NCBI GenBank assembly: GCA_951406725.2
Contig: OX597818.1
Location: 22,196,001-22,260,000, forward strand
DNA from: Octopus vulgaris
Taxonomy: Eukaryota
DNA length: 64,000 bases
Direction: 5' to 3'
Shown here: in pieces, positions 1 through 13,870 of the stretch
Layout of the letters: each line of letters begins with the position of its first letter
Position numbering within the stretch: the first letter of the stretch is position 1
Position numbers and translations under genes: made by a program
Notes under the pieces: generated by a model
What the model was told of the DNA's origin: nothing
Database searches by the model: none
The model's input: only the letters and a program-made list of their open reading frames with translations

Positions 1-651
1 AAGTCTCAATATCGACCTGAGCCGATATTGCCAAATGCCTGATCTGGATCCGAAATACATTCAAGGATGGGCTAATTAATGTATGATTAAGCATTTATAT
101 GGCCACACTTTATGTTCTCCATAGCATTACACCAGATCCCTGGCATGAATTGCTCTGATTCCTGCCTCACCCACCCAGCATTTGAAAATAAAAATGTAAT
201 ATTGTTTCAATTTACAGCCAATGAGGACTACCCACTGCTAAACAGAAACAATACTAAATTTATTTTGAAGATGTGAGTGTATGAGAATCAGTTTACATGG
301 CATGTGTATGGGAATATCTGAAAAATCATGTAGAAACTGCCAGAAAAAATTTTTTAAATGAACAATTCATTTTTCTTTGCAAACATCATTTATTTTATAA
401 ACTATAATTTTGGAAAATGGCTATTTACAACACAGCAGAAGTAAATCACATTTAAAAGTTAATAAAAATGAAGACAAAATATACTGGCCAATATACACTG
501 TAAAACTAAGATATTTATTTAACTGGTGTTGAGGTCACTTATACAGCTGTGGCTATTTGTGACAAAGTCCAGCAATCATTCATATCTGATCATAAAAACT
601 GGTAAATAAGGAGTAATGGTATTCATTTTAGGGTTCAATTTTATGACTTGA

Positions 652-843
652 AATTTCTGTCAGTGAACAGGTCACGGTCTCAAAGTGACAAAAATATTTT
701 GACAAATTAAATTTAAATGTTGAAGTGAATCTAACAGATTTTGTGTATTTCTTAAATGGCTTATAAACACCTTCCACGCTGCAATTGTTTTCGTTCAAGC
801 ACATGATCTCAGATCAGGTCACTTGCTATGCAAGTACATCTCC
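652..843 (+). mobile_element. Short PLE-end-like repeat carrying a G3:C8 hammerhead-like fold (652-708)
   Basis: Homologous to 15105-15295. UGUCA-GUGAACA-G-GUCAC..GUGAC-(A)AAA-AUAU-UU-UGACA. Confidence 0.7.
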
Positions 844-2097
844 GTAAAATATATTTAGAATGTGCAGAAATAGGAAAAGCATATTAAATGGGAGAGATAT
901 CATCAATAAACCTGTATTTGAAACTACAGACAGGAGTATTACTGATTAACCTGGTGAATGCGTAATTTGAATGGAAGACAAAACCATGTATGCAAAGCTA
1001 TTCAACCTATTGTTACCAGTGCATCACTAAAATGGATTACCTTAAAAAATTGAGGTAACCCATAAATGGGTTGTCTTTATTTTCAATTTGTGCAGACCTG
1101 AGATCAGTGGCAGATTCATTGCCAAGAGCAAACTTGTCCAAATTTTTTTTCTCTTCTCCTTCAGCGAACATTTCTGTCGCTGGCAGTCCAAGACCATTCT
1201 CAAGTCACTAACTCAACCCCCGCTTCTGTTGCATTTTTCATATTGTGAACAGCCCCTGAAATTAATTAATTATGTTACTTAAAAGTAGTTGTTAATGTGA
1301 GAATAACAAATGCACTCACGTATTATTCACAAAGGCAAAAATCTACTAACATTTTCTACTGGGTTTGACTAATTCTACAGTTGAAAACAGATACAAACTG
1401 AAAGCTTCACATTCATAAATGTTCACTACTGTTTTATGTCAGAACCTATCAAAGCTAGTACAACCACTCCCTGCTCACAGTCTGGCTAAAACAGTACTCA
1501 AAGTGAATATTAATATCATGTTTGTCCAGCCCAGTGCCATTTTCAGTTCAATGACTGCAAATCAAAATTTAATTCAATACACTATGAGCAAAGGATAAAA
1601 TATATACTCAAATGTAAAGCAAAATGTAGAATAATAGCCTTTTTGTCAAACATCAAAAACAATTAACACAGTTCCTGCTGGTTTTTAAAAACAAAAATTC
1701 AAGGCTTTTCAAAGATTTTCAAGAGTATTTTCAAGCTAGATTCAAGGACCATCATGACCACTCCATAAAAAATTCAAGGGTTTCGAAGGACATCCTTCTG
1801 ATAAAACAAAACTATATACACTACTTAGGTTCTCATCATATTGTTTAAATATCACCCAATCTGTTTCCTCAAGTTGTTGACTAATGTATAGCAATATTTC
1901 CATGCCAGTGTTTGCTGCCTGTACGTGGAAACATTGCAAATACGAATTCAAACTACTGGCTTAAGTAGAACATTTTTCTTTTGTTTTAATGATAAATTTG
2001 AGTTGGCTGATTTTGTGAATCAGTTTAACTAGATCCTAGATTTGTTACAATGGGCATTGTTTTGAATTGAAAGTATAAAGAAATATATGTTAGTTTT

Positions 2098-2600
2098 TGT
2101 AACTGTGTATATAAGCTATACACACACACAAAAAAAAGTCAACGTAGAATCAGAGTGTGTTGGTGAAAGATTTACTTAGTTACATTTTGTTAAACACATG
2201 AGGGTGAGAGCCATCAGTCAACTTTTGTTTTGAAGAAGTCCTGCCTAACCAGAAGTCCACTTCACTGCAGACCAGCTCCCTAGCTAGCCTCCAGCGAAGT
2301 TCCTGCCTATAGTTCATCGGTCATAAGTCCTTGGGCAGTGCCCTACATGTAGCACCCCTCCATAACTGTTGACTGTCATTGGAACTGGGAAGGCGTTTTA
2401 ACTGCTCTGCCTGTATGTGTGGTTACTCAGTGACTGTTCATTGTCAAGGGTTGGTGTGATTTGCCTGGGGCTGCCTCTGTTTGGTAGTTGAGCTTCTTGG
2501 ATGCGGCTGTCAATATCGAGATGAGCCAGTTTCAATCTTTCAATGGACACCGTACCTTGTTCGCCAATCAAGAGTTGGAATGATTTGTCTCCTGGACATA
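2098..2600 (-). mobile_element. Gypsy LTR-retrotransposon 3' remnant with ~250-bp LTR (2098-2347)
   Basis: Integrase C-terminal motif 'TVSIERLKLAHLD', purine tract ggaggggtg, then an LTR bounded by TGTA...TACA on the minus strand. Confidence 0.6.
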
Positions 2601-4088
2601 TTATAGATCTTTTCCATTTGGCTACCAATTTCAATTTTTGTTCGAATTGATTTCATATTCAGTTTAATGACACACTTTTATAGGTTAATCAATACCATGA
2701 AAATCATTTTCGCTATAAATCAATTAGTTATGAGCTATTAAAGTTTGAAAATTTTGGGTAATTTTAGCCAATCATAAACCACAGACACATTCATGCCTGT
2801 TTCCATTGTAAAAAGCCAAACATGAGAACTCTTTTGTCTGTAAGAAAGCATGTGTTGGCAAATATATTGAAACCACTTGTTGACACTGTGTTCTGCTGTT
2901 TTACCCACTGAAATGCATATCGAATGTGTAGCAGAATGGATTAACAAACTATTCTCTCTCCCTTTTATTTATAGTTGTTTGGATGTAGCAGAGAATACTT
3001 AGCTATAAAGATCATGTTATAACTATTTGCTCTGATTGGTTTGTTTTTAGGTGCAAATTGTCCCCTAAACAATTATGCCAAATTTCCCTGTCAACCAATC
3101 ACATGCGCTCAAATGGATCACGTGTTCTCCTGGCAGAAAAACCTTTCACATCTCTGTGGAGCCTAGCAATTTCCTTAAATAGATCAGTTTTTCTCTGCTT
3201 AGGGAGTCTAGCTTACATTTGCACCAGGAAGCTATTTGCTCACTTTCTCCGCATCACGACACTATGAAATTCATCACTGCTGACACTGCTGATACCACTG
3301 CTACCAGCTCTTACTACATCTAACACCGACAACAACAACATCATAATTCATCCATGTGTATATAAGCTCTCTAAGTGATTATAACTTTTAGCGTTCCCAT
3401 AGAAACCTTCATTTACCTTATACGACGTTTAATGTCATTTCACATTCATGTTGAATTATGCAGTAATTTTATGTTCTCTTCATAGAACACCTGTAATGTA
3501 TGTATTACCAGTTCTTTTGGTATAGTAGATTTTTGCTATTCTTGCTTATGTCTCCTTGTATATCTTAACATGTTGCTTCTTAAATTTTGTGCCTCTCTTG
3601 TTCAATAAACACTGAGTTAAACTTGCAGAGCTGTTTATTTTCTACTTTCGATTTTTAATGTTTATTTTAGTAGGTTACCAAACTATCAGTTTGGTCTCAC
3701 TACTAAAAATGCATAAATGTTTGTTTTCTTTAAAATATTTAATTTGTAATGTGTTGTTTATCACATTAAATGCATATTGAATGCTTAAAACTACAAAAGA
3801 CGTGTTGTTTACTCATTTTCAGTGTGTAGAATACAAATATTGACAACATGTGCTATTTTCAGGATGTTGACAAAATATGCTGTCATGCACAAAATGACGG
3901 CTTCCAAATCATGTTTCCTGACTGGGTGAAAATGATCAAACTTCAAACCTCTATAAAACTTCTGGAAAAAGTAAAATAACAGAAAAGATGTTGGTGGGGC
4001 TTTTAGTTTGTTAGTATGGTCAAACCTGTGAATACTCTAGATAGTTTGGGCATCGTTTTTTCATTAGTATGTGTTATGTGAATGTTGA

Positions 4089-4532
4089 AAATCAAAATCA
4101 AAATCGAAATCAATCAACATCAATGGAAATTGTAGCTGTGATACCAGTGCTGGTGGTACGTAAGAGAACCATCCGAACGTGGCTGTTGCCAGCACCGCCC
4201 TGACTGGCCTCAGTGCCGGTGGCACGTAAAAAGCACCATCCGATCGTGGCCGTTGCCAGCCTCGCCTGATCCCTGCGCCGGTGGCACGTAAAAAGCACCA
4301 TCCAATCGTGGCTGTTTGCCAGCCTCATCTGGCACCTGTGCCGGTGGCACGTAAAAAGCACCCACTACACTCACAGAGTGGTTGGCGTTAGGAAGGGCAT
4401 CCAGCCGTAGAAACAATGCCAGATCAGACTGGGCCTGGTGTAGCCTTCTGGCTTGCCAGACCCCAGTTGAACCGTCCAACCCATGCTAGCATGGAAAGTG
4501 GACGCTAAACGATGATGATGATGATGATGATG
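4089..4532 (+). mobile_element. RTE-type 3' end / RTE-tailed short element with four ~60-bp internal tandem repeats and (GAT)n tail
   Basis: Repeated gtgccggtggcacgtaaaaagcacc. The tail ggttggcgttaggaagggcatccagc...catggaaagtggacg is shared with the RTE LINE at 11130. Confidence 0.75.
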
Positions 4533-5039
4533 AGAATGTATGAAAGCTTTAGGTTTGTTTTTTTTTTATCTTGCGTATGTGTGACATGAGTGTGATCGTT
4601 AGTTGTATTGATGTTCTTTGTCATTGCTGCTGTGGATTTCATTAGTACTATTTCAAATCTATTTGTTTAGGACCAGGTTTCTAAGTTGTTGCTTACAGTA
4701 AAATATTTGTGCCACTGTTTCTTGAGAAGGCAGGAGGATGTGACTGTGAGCCTATGTGCATATTTTATGTAATTGTAGGAAGGTTATGAAGGTATAAATT
4801 TTAAAAAGCAGATAAGTATCTCACTGTCTGTTTAGGTACATTATCTGAATAGACAGAGCATCAGTAAATTTATTAAAATATTTTAAACTCATATCTGGAC
4901 ACAGGCACTATACTATATCCTGAATAAGTCGCCAGAAGTGTCTTTCTCCTCCATATCTCTAGGTATTTTTTATTTTACTTACTGGGTCCTAGATAAAGGA
5001 CCCATGTTCCTTTCAAGTCCTTCTACATGATGACATTAT

Positions 5040-5245
5040 TTTCAAATTTTGGCACAAGGCCAGCAATTATGGTGGTTAGTCAATTACATCTACTCCAGGG
5101 CTCAACTGGTACTTATTTTATCAACCTCAAAAGGATGAAAAGCAATGTTGACCTTGGCGAAATTTGAACTCTGAACATAAAACTGAATGAAATGCTGCTA
5201 AGCATTTTGCCTGGCATGCTAACGATTCTGCCAGCTTGTTGCATT
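5040..5245 (-). mobile_element. tRNA-derived SINE (Meta/MESC-like core)
   Basis: Reverse complement of the 28318 family. Confidence 0.75.
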
Positions 5246-6399
5246 TTCTAACCAATAATATTGATGCCATTTATGTTTCTTTTGAACCTTTACAAATCAA
5301 CACTTTCCAGAAAGACATGCACTGAGGAAGAATGTTATAGGAAGGAAGGACTGAATGCAGCGGTCATTGTTGGGCTGGTGGGGTTGGATTCAACTAAAGT
5401 AGTGAGAGAAAGAAAGATAAGAGGGTAGAGAATGTCTAGGTGAAGTTAGCAGAGCCCAGCCAGCCCCCAGCAACAGAGACCATTATTGTAGCAATAGAAA
5501 CGGTAGAGAGGAGACAGTATGTCTGTTATTCAAACCCTGGGGCTACCTGTAAGTGACCTTTTGCTAAGCATAACTGTGGATCTTTTCTGGGATGTAGTCT
5601 TGGATATCTGTGTGAAGCAGATTACCATTCCAAATGTGAGGCAACACCCCATTTACAAGCCTCATGTAGAATGTCAACAATTATTGGGAAGAATGGAGTA
5701 GTTTTTGCCTCTGAAGAGTAGGTACAGTCGTTAGGATGCAGTTCTGTTTATGTCAAGGATGTACTTTCGCCGAGAGAGATTGTTAGTGATAAGGAGACAC
5801 TCTATCAACATATGCTGTGACAGTGCAATCTGATCAGAAGCTATTGACCAAAGAGAGGAGAGATGGATGAAATCCATAAGAGCAAGTTTCGAAAAGAGAT
5901 TTTGACACAGTTGAAAGATTTGCTGACATCGAGGGTGAACAGCATTGCTTTCAGTAAATTCCTCCGGGGCAAAATCTTGTTGAGTGACAGAGGACAGTAG
6001 TTCTAGATTTACGGAAACCGTGCTGGTGATCATTAAGGAGAGAAAAGAGGAAGGGAGCAAGAAAGATGCGGAAGGAGTATAACAGCACTGAACTCACTAG
6101 AAATTGGATAATTAGTTTGGAGGCTTACAATACAAAGTCTGAATCTTCCTTTCACTCAGAAATATAAGTAGCGGGTGGGATATAATGAATAAGATTTACT
6201 TCATTTTTGACTTTAGGAAAAATTATTTTATATAAATGTTCACTACCTTACAAAAACTATTTCAGTTAAGCAAATGACCTTCTCTAAATGCATTAAAAAT
6301 ACCATAACAATCTGAATACTATTTTAGAAAATTATCTCCATTCTCTTTGAGCATATAAAAGACAAATTTAGTGGGGCCAAAATTAGTTGTAAGACAAGA

Positions 6400-7790
6400 C
6401 AAGATAAATCCTCCTCTTCAATGTTCTAGAATTACATTTGAGAAACGACTCCTACACACAAATATCCATCCTTTGGCATCAGAAATACAAACTCCTTCAT
6501 CAGTGTGGGGTTCTCTTGGAGTACCAATTACTGGCCTAGCTTTCGAGTTTATCTGTCTAAAATGGCTATCCTTGGACAACTTTTTAAAAATTTTGAGGTA
6601 ATTGAGCCCCATCAAGGTTTTTTTATACTTAGGAATTGCTTGTCAATTCCTAAGCTACTGTATTTTCTGAGAGTTAGTCCCTCTTATAGATTTTCATCGT
6701 CTCTCCAATGCTTTGATGACCTAACCTTCAGGGAACTTGAATGCTTGGTCAATGTCAAACTCTCCCCAGAGTCCTGCAACCAGGCTGCTTTGCCCAAACA
6801 GTTTGGGTGTCTCGGTCTGTGCAAGTGCTCATCTTTATCTCTTCTGTGTTTTTTTTTCCTCCATCTACACTTGCTCCTCTTTAGTAAGCAACATTCTCTC
6901 CTTTCCAACATGGCCCAATTCCAACAGGGAGATGGATGAAGCTCTGTTATAGTGGAGAGAACTAGGTTTGTCAGTTCCTGTTACAGTTAAGGATAGATGG
7001 AAGCAGAGAGTATAGGATAATCTGCATTCAGGTGCCAACTCTCTCCTTGATCATTCTGTTCAATTTTCAAGGTGTCGCCTACTTTCTGCTAGCGCAAAAT
7101 TCTCAGGAGACTGGATTGATGCTTTTCTTTTGGCCAACATTGGAGGTTTACTCAGTCTAGATGAGCACTGCATCTCCATCATACTCAGAGTTGTTAGTTG
7201 ACATCTGTAGGAGACTGAGATGTTACTGTGGTAGGGCCCTCAATCTCACAGGTATTTATGGTCTGTCTTGCCACCTAATCATTAAGTGGGCCCTGGCTCG
7301 AATTAATATACGCTTAGTTCTGGAGCAAGTGGGATTTTCTAGAAGTCATAGCGGTAGGTGCCTCATCTGGGATACTACAGTCTGTGACTCTTTTGCTCCC
7401 TCCCACATCCTGGATGCTATGGTAAATGGGTTGGTCACTGCTCTTGTTGCCAAATGGAACAAAATGCTGAAGTATCGGGACCTGGCAGTGAATTATCTCT
7501 TCCAACCTGTTATGTTTGAGGCATTTGGAGGGCCACTAACAGTGAAGTTCTTGTCATTGTTGGTAGCTCACCTCACCAAGGTGTCAAGTGAGGGCCCTTA
7601 GCTTTTCCAATGCTTTAGCCTCGCCATCACCTGTAGTAATGCTGTGAGCATGCCAGCTTGCTTCAGTAAGTTCCAATGAACCTTGTGATGTGTGACCGAT
7701 TGAAACACTTGGTGCTGCATTGACGTTTTTTTTTCTATTTCTTTTCTTTTTTCTCACCTTTTCTTTTCTTTGTCTTTCTTTTGTAAGAAC
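6400..7790 (+). mobile_element. Decayed CRE-like non-LTR retrotransposon (RT end, zinc knuckle, restriction-like endonuclease)
   Basis: LRNCLSIPKLLYFLR, QAALP..FGCLGL, CYCG..GLSC, GRCLIWDTTVCDSFAPSH, KYRDL..NYLFQPV.FEAFG. Confidence 0.75.
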
Positions 7791-8922
7791 TATATTAGTT
7801 TTCAAAATTATGGCAGCAATATGAATTCACTAATGAAAGAGTTAATTGCTTCTGTTTTATCATTATTGAATGTTAATTCAAATGAGTATCTAGATCAAAT
7901 TGAAAGAGGGTCATGGAAAAATGGCACATGATATAAAATTAATGGAACTCAAATAATCTAAAAACTCTTCATATAATATTCTATATAGCTTTTTCACGAT
8001 TTGTAGGAGTTTCTCTCTTCTTGATATAATTACGCACCAAACAATTAAAGAGGAGAAATTATTGAAATTAGTCATTACTCATTTTGCCCCAATTTAGACA
8101 CCATTTTTTGAAAATTATCAAATTAAACATTAGTGTGGAAAAAAAAATTACTTGGAATCCAACAGAGAAAAGAATCTTGATTGTTAAACAGCAAAAATTA
8201 TCCAGATATTTTATTAGCAACCTCAATTACAATTGGGTCGAAATTAAAATATTTCTTGAAAAATAAGTATTTGTCACCTGACTGTTTCAAACCCTTTCAA
8301 CTTCAACAACAACAATTATGCTGACCCGATGATGCAACAGTACAAAATGATGATGATGCAATACTTGCAATGTAATAATTTCCAAGAGATAGGGAGAAAA
8401 CAACAAGGTATCAGAAATTACTCATTTTGCCCCAGATACTAATTTTGTAAACCCCACCTCTATTTCCTCTAAAAAAAATTAGAACCCAAGAAATCAATAG
8501 AAATTGTCCGTTAATAAAACTCCCAAATTAAAGAAAGTAATGTAGTGAAAGTGAAGATGTATGAGGGAGAACCCTTTGTTGAGGAAATAAAATATAAGCA
8601 TACTTCCAATAGATTGTGCATGTCAAACTATTTGTTTACGGGAAATTGTTACTAATAGGAAGATAAATTTCCTTTACACCGTTCGATGAACAGTAACGAC
8701 ATACGCTTACGCAGGTACTGCTGGAAAGTATGAAAGAATAAAGTGAGTTGATCTTTACCATTATAGCGGATTGACTGATTAACTTACTACTTACATTTAG
8801 ATACTTGTTAACATCTCGCGTAATATTTTCACAAACCTCTAAGCTATTACACTTGTTAATTTTTTTCTTCACTTATGCTTGTGTGTGTTCTGCTATAAAA
8901 GCAATTCCACGCACTTACCACC

Positions 8923-8958
<36 letters not shown>

Positions 8959-10917
8959 CATGATGATGAAAAACTAAACAAAACAAAACAAAACAGCCTT
9001 GTCCCACTCGTTATTGAGTAAAGAGCCTTAATTAATTATATAATTGGAGTAACGTTATCAAAATTCAATGGTAGGTGAAAAGTTAAGGAATACTGATGTG
9101 TCGCTATTAACAGATTAGGATTTAGGAGCGTAAACAAAATTTCACTTAACGTACTAAAGATAATTGATATAACGGGGACTTAAATGATGGCATCGAACAC
9201 ATATATACATATTCCTATGGACAATCAAGCTAAATTTACAGCTTTGTAATCAATCAAATGAGAAAAATATTTCGGTAAATTGCCCGTTTTATTCCTACAT
9301 CTTTTTACTACCGCTTTTTAAGAACCTGTTTGTCAATGCAGATGTAAACAAACCGGTTCCATAAGCTTTCTTTCTATTGTCTATAATGCTTTATTTATGC
9401 ATTTATTGCTTTTTATTTGTGTAAAACTTGACATGTGAAGTACATATATAATGTTTTATATAAAGTTGCAATGGTGCAGAGAAGTTGAGAGTTTTCATTT
9501 AATCACAGATCTTAAAATTTTAGGTACGTAAAAATCTAGGCGCCCAAAACTTTCTTAGAAAAATACTGCATAGAATGGTAATTTCAAGACCTAGAATTGA
9601 GACCATAAATATATTTGAGTATATGACGCCAGCTGAAGACTCATAAACACGCTGAAAAAAAAAATTAAGGAAACTCTATGCATCACTCGATATTTACTTT
9701 TTATGTTACTCCATATTCTTTCTAAGGTGTTTGTCTGCAACGTTGTTGATGGGGATTTGCCAAATTAAGATGTTTGTTCACGGAATTATTCTAGAAGCAC
9801 ACCAGCCATCAGTTAACTACTGTGGGTGTCTGGCAACATTATCAACGATGATCGGCTATCGAGTCGGGGCACTGCGATCAGGGGCAAGCACAAGGATACA
9901 TTTAAGGGTGCGATTTTTCATCATCCCCAGTATCCGATGACCCTATCGCTAATCCTCAAGTATAATCTAATAAATAAAATTCTGGATGTTTGTATTTGAC
10001 ATAGTAAAACGTAAAATCTTCTGTGTGTGTGTGTGTTGCATAAGTAACGTGTATATAGATGTGTGATTTTAACGAGTTAAAATATACAATATTGTTGCTA
10101 TGCTATAATGTTTTGTATTTGTTTCACTTGTGAAAAAGAAAAAGAAATCTTTATGATAACGGTGGTGGATGGTTGAATCAGTTGAGTGGTTTAATGTAGT
10201 GCTTAATTACGGATCTCTACGTGAGTTCAAACTCCGCTTTTCGTCTTTCGGTTTTGATAAACTGAACTCAAGTACTGGGATCGATTTAATCGACTTTTTT
10301 TTTTAACCCCAAAACTTCTGGTTTTGTACATATGTTACAAATCATCATCATCATCATCATTATTGGACTAAATACCTAACTGTAATTATCAGTTTTGGGG
10401 GTTTAAAGTGTCAACTCCGTTGATAAAATAATTACCGTCAGCTGTTTCCGTCCTTCAGTTCGTGACTTCGTGTCAAAAATCAATATTTTAATTGAACTAT
10501 TTTTATCAAATTTATATAAAACCGTAGTAGTATGTGCGGACACATAGCATTTTTCTCAAATGAGTTGTGAATTTTTATAATATACTTTATATCCGTAATA
10601 TCCTATTCCTCGTTATGTCAATTTTAGTTTGGCACTTAACTAGTAAACGCATTACTATTATGAGGTTTTTTTTTTCAAACCAGTATTGAAAGAAAAGTGC
10701 TGACGTACTAATCTTGAAAAAAGATCTACAAGACAACGTTAACTCGAAGGATCCTGTATACCCGCAGCGACTGCAAAGGGGATTCCAAAATTTAATAACA
10801 GGGATGAAGTTGATTGGAACAAGTTTGGCAAGTTTTGTGTTTGTGTAATCTTTATATGTTCGTCTATGTGACTGTGTGTGTATATGTACACATACATGCA
10901 TGCATGCATGCATACAT

Positions 10918-10992
<75 letters not shown>

Positions 10993-11129
10993 TACCATCA
11001 TCATCTTTAAACGTCTGTTTTCCATGCTGGCATCGGTTGAACAGTTTCACAGGAGTTGGCCAGCTGATATCTACATAAATACACGCGCCCGCGCACACAC
11101 GCACTCACACACACACACACACACACATT

Positions 11130-13255
11130 AACATCATCATTTAATGTCTATTTTCCATGCTGGCATGAGTTGGACAGTTTGATAGGAAGTGGCAAAGCCA
11201 AGGGTCGTATCAGGTTCCATAGTCTGTTTAGGCTTGGTTTCTGTGGCTAGATGCCCTTCCTAATGTCAACCACCTCACAGGGTGTACTGGGTGCTTTTTA
11301 CATGGCACCAGCACCAACACCAATTCTTTTTTACGTGGCACCTTGGTTTTAGGATATCAATTCTGTTGTGTTGGGTGGGTCTTCTTGAGCACAGCAATGT
11401 GCCACATATCTCAGTCCTCTGTCATCTCCTTCGTAAGGCTTGTCATTTTGATATAAGCCTTCAATACTTTGTCCTATATCTTCCTGGGACTCCCTCTTCC
11501 ACAAATTCTCTCCACTTTAAGTGAGTGAGCAGCATTTCTTTATACAACTGTCCTCATCCATCTGCATCACGTGACCAAACCAGTGCAGTCTGCTCTCTTG
11601 CACACTGCATATAATTCCTCTTATGTTTAATTTTTTCTCTCAATACACTAATGCTCTGTTGCATACGTACAGCAACATTGTACATCCGGCAAAGTATACC
11701 AGCTTTGTACCTTGCTAGACTTCATATGCCCTCTGCATTCAGGGCCTGCATCTCACCATCGTGTAGCGTTGCAGTTCATATACATACATCATACAATCTT
11801 CCTTTTACTTGGAGAGAGAGAGAGAGACCTTTGTTTGCCAACACAGGTAAAAGCTCTCCGAACTTTCTTCATCTTATTCTTCTATCAATTACACTTTCTG
11901 TACAACATCCTCCACTGCTAATCAGGTCACCTAGGTAGCAGAAATTATTTACAACTTCCAGAGAGCCTCTGGGACATTTGAGGAAATCACTTTCCCATGT
12001 ACCTGTGGTCTTTATGGCTTCTGTACATCTTCCACATACAACACTACTTTCTCTGTTAATTTTCCTACTATTCCACTGCACCTCTTATGTGTCCATAGCT
12101 TGTACTGGGTACACCAAAGGAAATTTCTGCCTACACCCTTGCTACATATTGAACAGGGCCATTTATCTGAAGGTTGGAGGGCCCTAATCATTTACTTGCT
12201 TACTACAACCTTGGTCTTTGCCAAGTTAACTTTAAGACCCTTTGATTCTAAGTTCTGTTTCCACACCTGGAATTTATTTTCTAATTCTGTTACAGATTCT
12301 GTTATGTGGCCCAAATCATCAGCATTTAGTGGTTCCCATGGGCTTCCAATCTTAAATTCCTCTGCTATGGTCTGAAGGATAATAATGAATAGGAAGAAGC
12401 TGAGGACAAAGCCTTGGTGAATACCTACCTGTACACTAATTTCATCACTGTACCCATGGCTTACTAACGGCACCCCAGTACATGGCCTGCACTTCTATCA
12501 CAAGCCATTCATCTTCCTCTAGCTTCTTCAGAGACCACCATATCACAAAGCAAGGTACTCTGTTGAAGGCTTTCTTTAGATAAACAAGTGCCCAGTACAA
12601 TAGCTTGTTCCTAGCCAAATACTTTTCTTGCAGATACTTGACTATGAAAATGGCATCAGTGGTGCTTCCTCTTGGGACAAAGCCAAACTGCATTTCATTA
12701 ATCTAATTTTGTTCCTAATTAAATGGGCTATCACTCTCTCTGCAACTTTCATCACCTTGTCCAGCAATTTGGTGCCTCTATAATAACTTCTATCTTGTAG
12801 CAGCTGACTATGATGCTGCTACACCAGTAACTAGGAATTACACTCTCCAAAATAACCTGATTAACTATACTGGGGACTAGACTGTATCCAACTCTACCGG
12901 ATAACTTAAGCATCTCAGCACTCACCAGAGGCCTTCCTTGTCATCATATCTTTGTGTTATCTAGCATGCTGCTGTCAAGTAGGATATCTGATCCCTCTAT
13001 TGGGTTCACATGAAGGAAATTCCTTTTCTCCCATTCATTCTCTATATTTAATAGCCTTTCATAGTAGCTCTTCCACACCTCTTTCTTTTTCGCAATCACT
13101 AAGAGCAAGTGTACCATTATCTGTCCATACACACTTCTCTCCCACGACTTAATTCTCTCAAACACACTGTCTGGCAATTTGGAACACTTCAAGCCTCTGA
13201 TTTTCACACTGTAAAACATAGGCAAACCTCTTCCTTTCTGCATCTGCCCTAGCTA
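11130..13255 (-). mobile_element. Decayed RTE-clade LINE (RT and 3'UTR)
   Basis: QFGFVPRGSTTDAIF, KKAFNRVP, VGIHQG.VLS..LF, ADDL, GLKVNLAKTKV, FCYLGD; several frameshifts; (GAT)n tail. Confidence 0.9.
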
Positions 13256-13838
13256 AGAATAAGTATCATCAATAATTTCTGTAAAGAGTCTAAGCTCTTT
13301 GTTTACCTGATGAGGTGCTGGGTTCATCACACACTCATTTCATTGCAAAGAAATCTTTTTTTTTTCAGTTAAAAACGAAAATAAGCAACAGCTGTGGGAG
13401 ACACCATTAACAGTGAGTCATAAACACCCTTGACCACAAAGCTGCAATGTGATCGGTTGTCTATATTAGTATTTTATCTTCTTTTTCTATGTGTGTTGTT
13501 CATCAACACTTTAATGATAATCCAGAAGAGATTATATTTAGGCTCTTCCCACTATATCAGGAACATGGCATGACACAGTTAATATTATTATTTCTTTATC
13601 CAATCATTTGTTCTAAAGCTGAGAAATGCTTTATTGTTTTAAAAGTAACCTCGCAGAAGGCGCCGTAAGTGCAAGAAAGCAAGCTGACAAAGGAACTTTT
13701 GTATTTAAAAATACTTAAATTCTCACACCTTTGTTGCTAGAGATTTTTTAGCTTAAAAGCAGGTTTTGCAGCCATTTTAGAACACATAGGTAAATTAAAT
13801 AGAATCAAATTCTCAACACTGAAGTGTGTCAACAGTGA

Positions 13839-13870
<32 letters not shown>

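Noticed and set aside
4145-4362. Repeat-spacer pattern superficially like a CRISPR array
   Set aside because: Eukaryotic context, spacers similar to each other, no cas genes; part of an RTE-type 3' end.
5330-6110. Possible old L2/CR1-like fragment on the minus strand
   Set aside because: Too degenerate to identify diagnostic motifs by eye.
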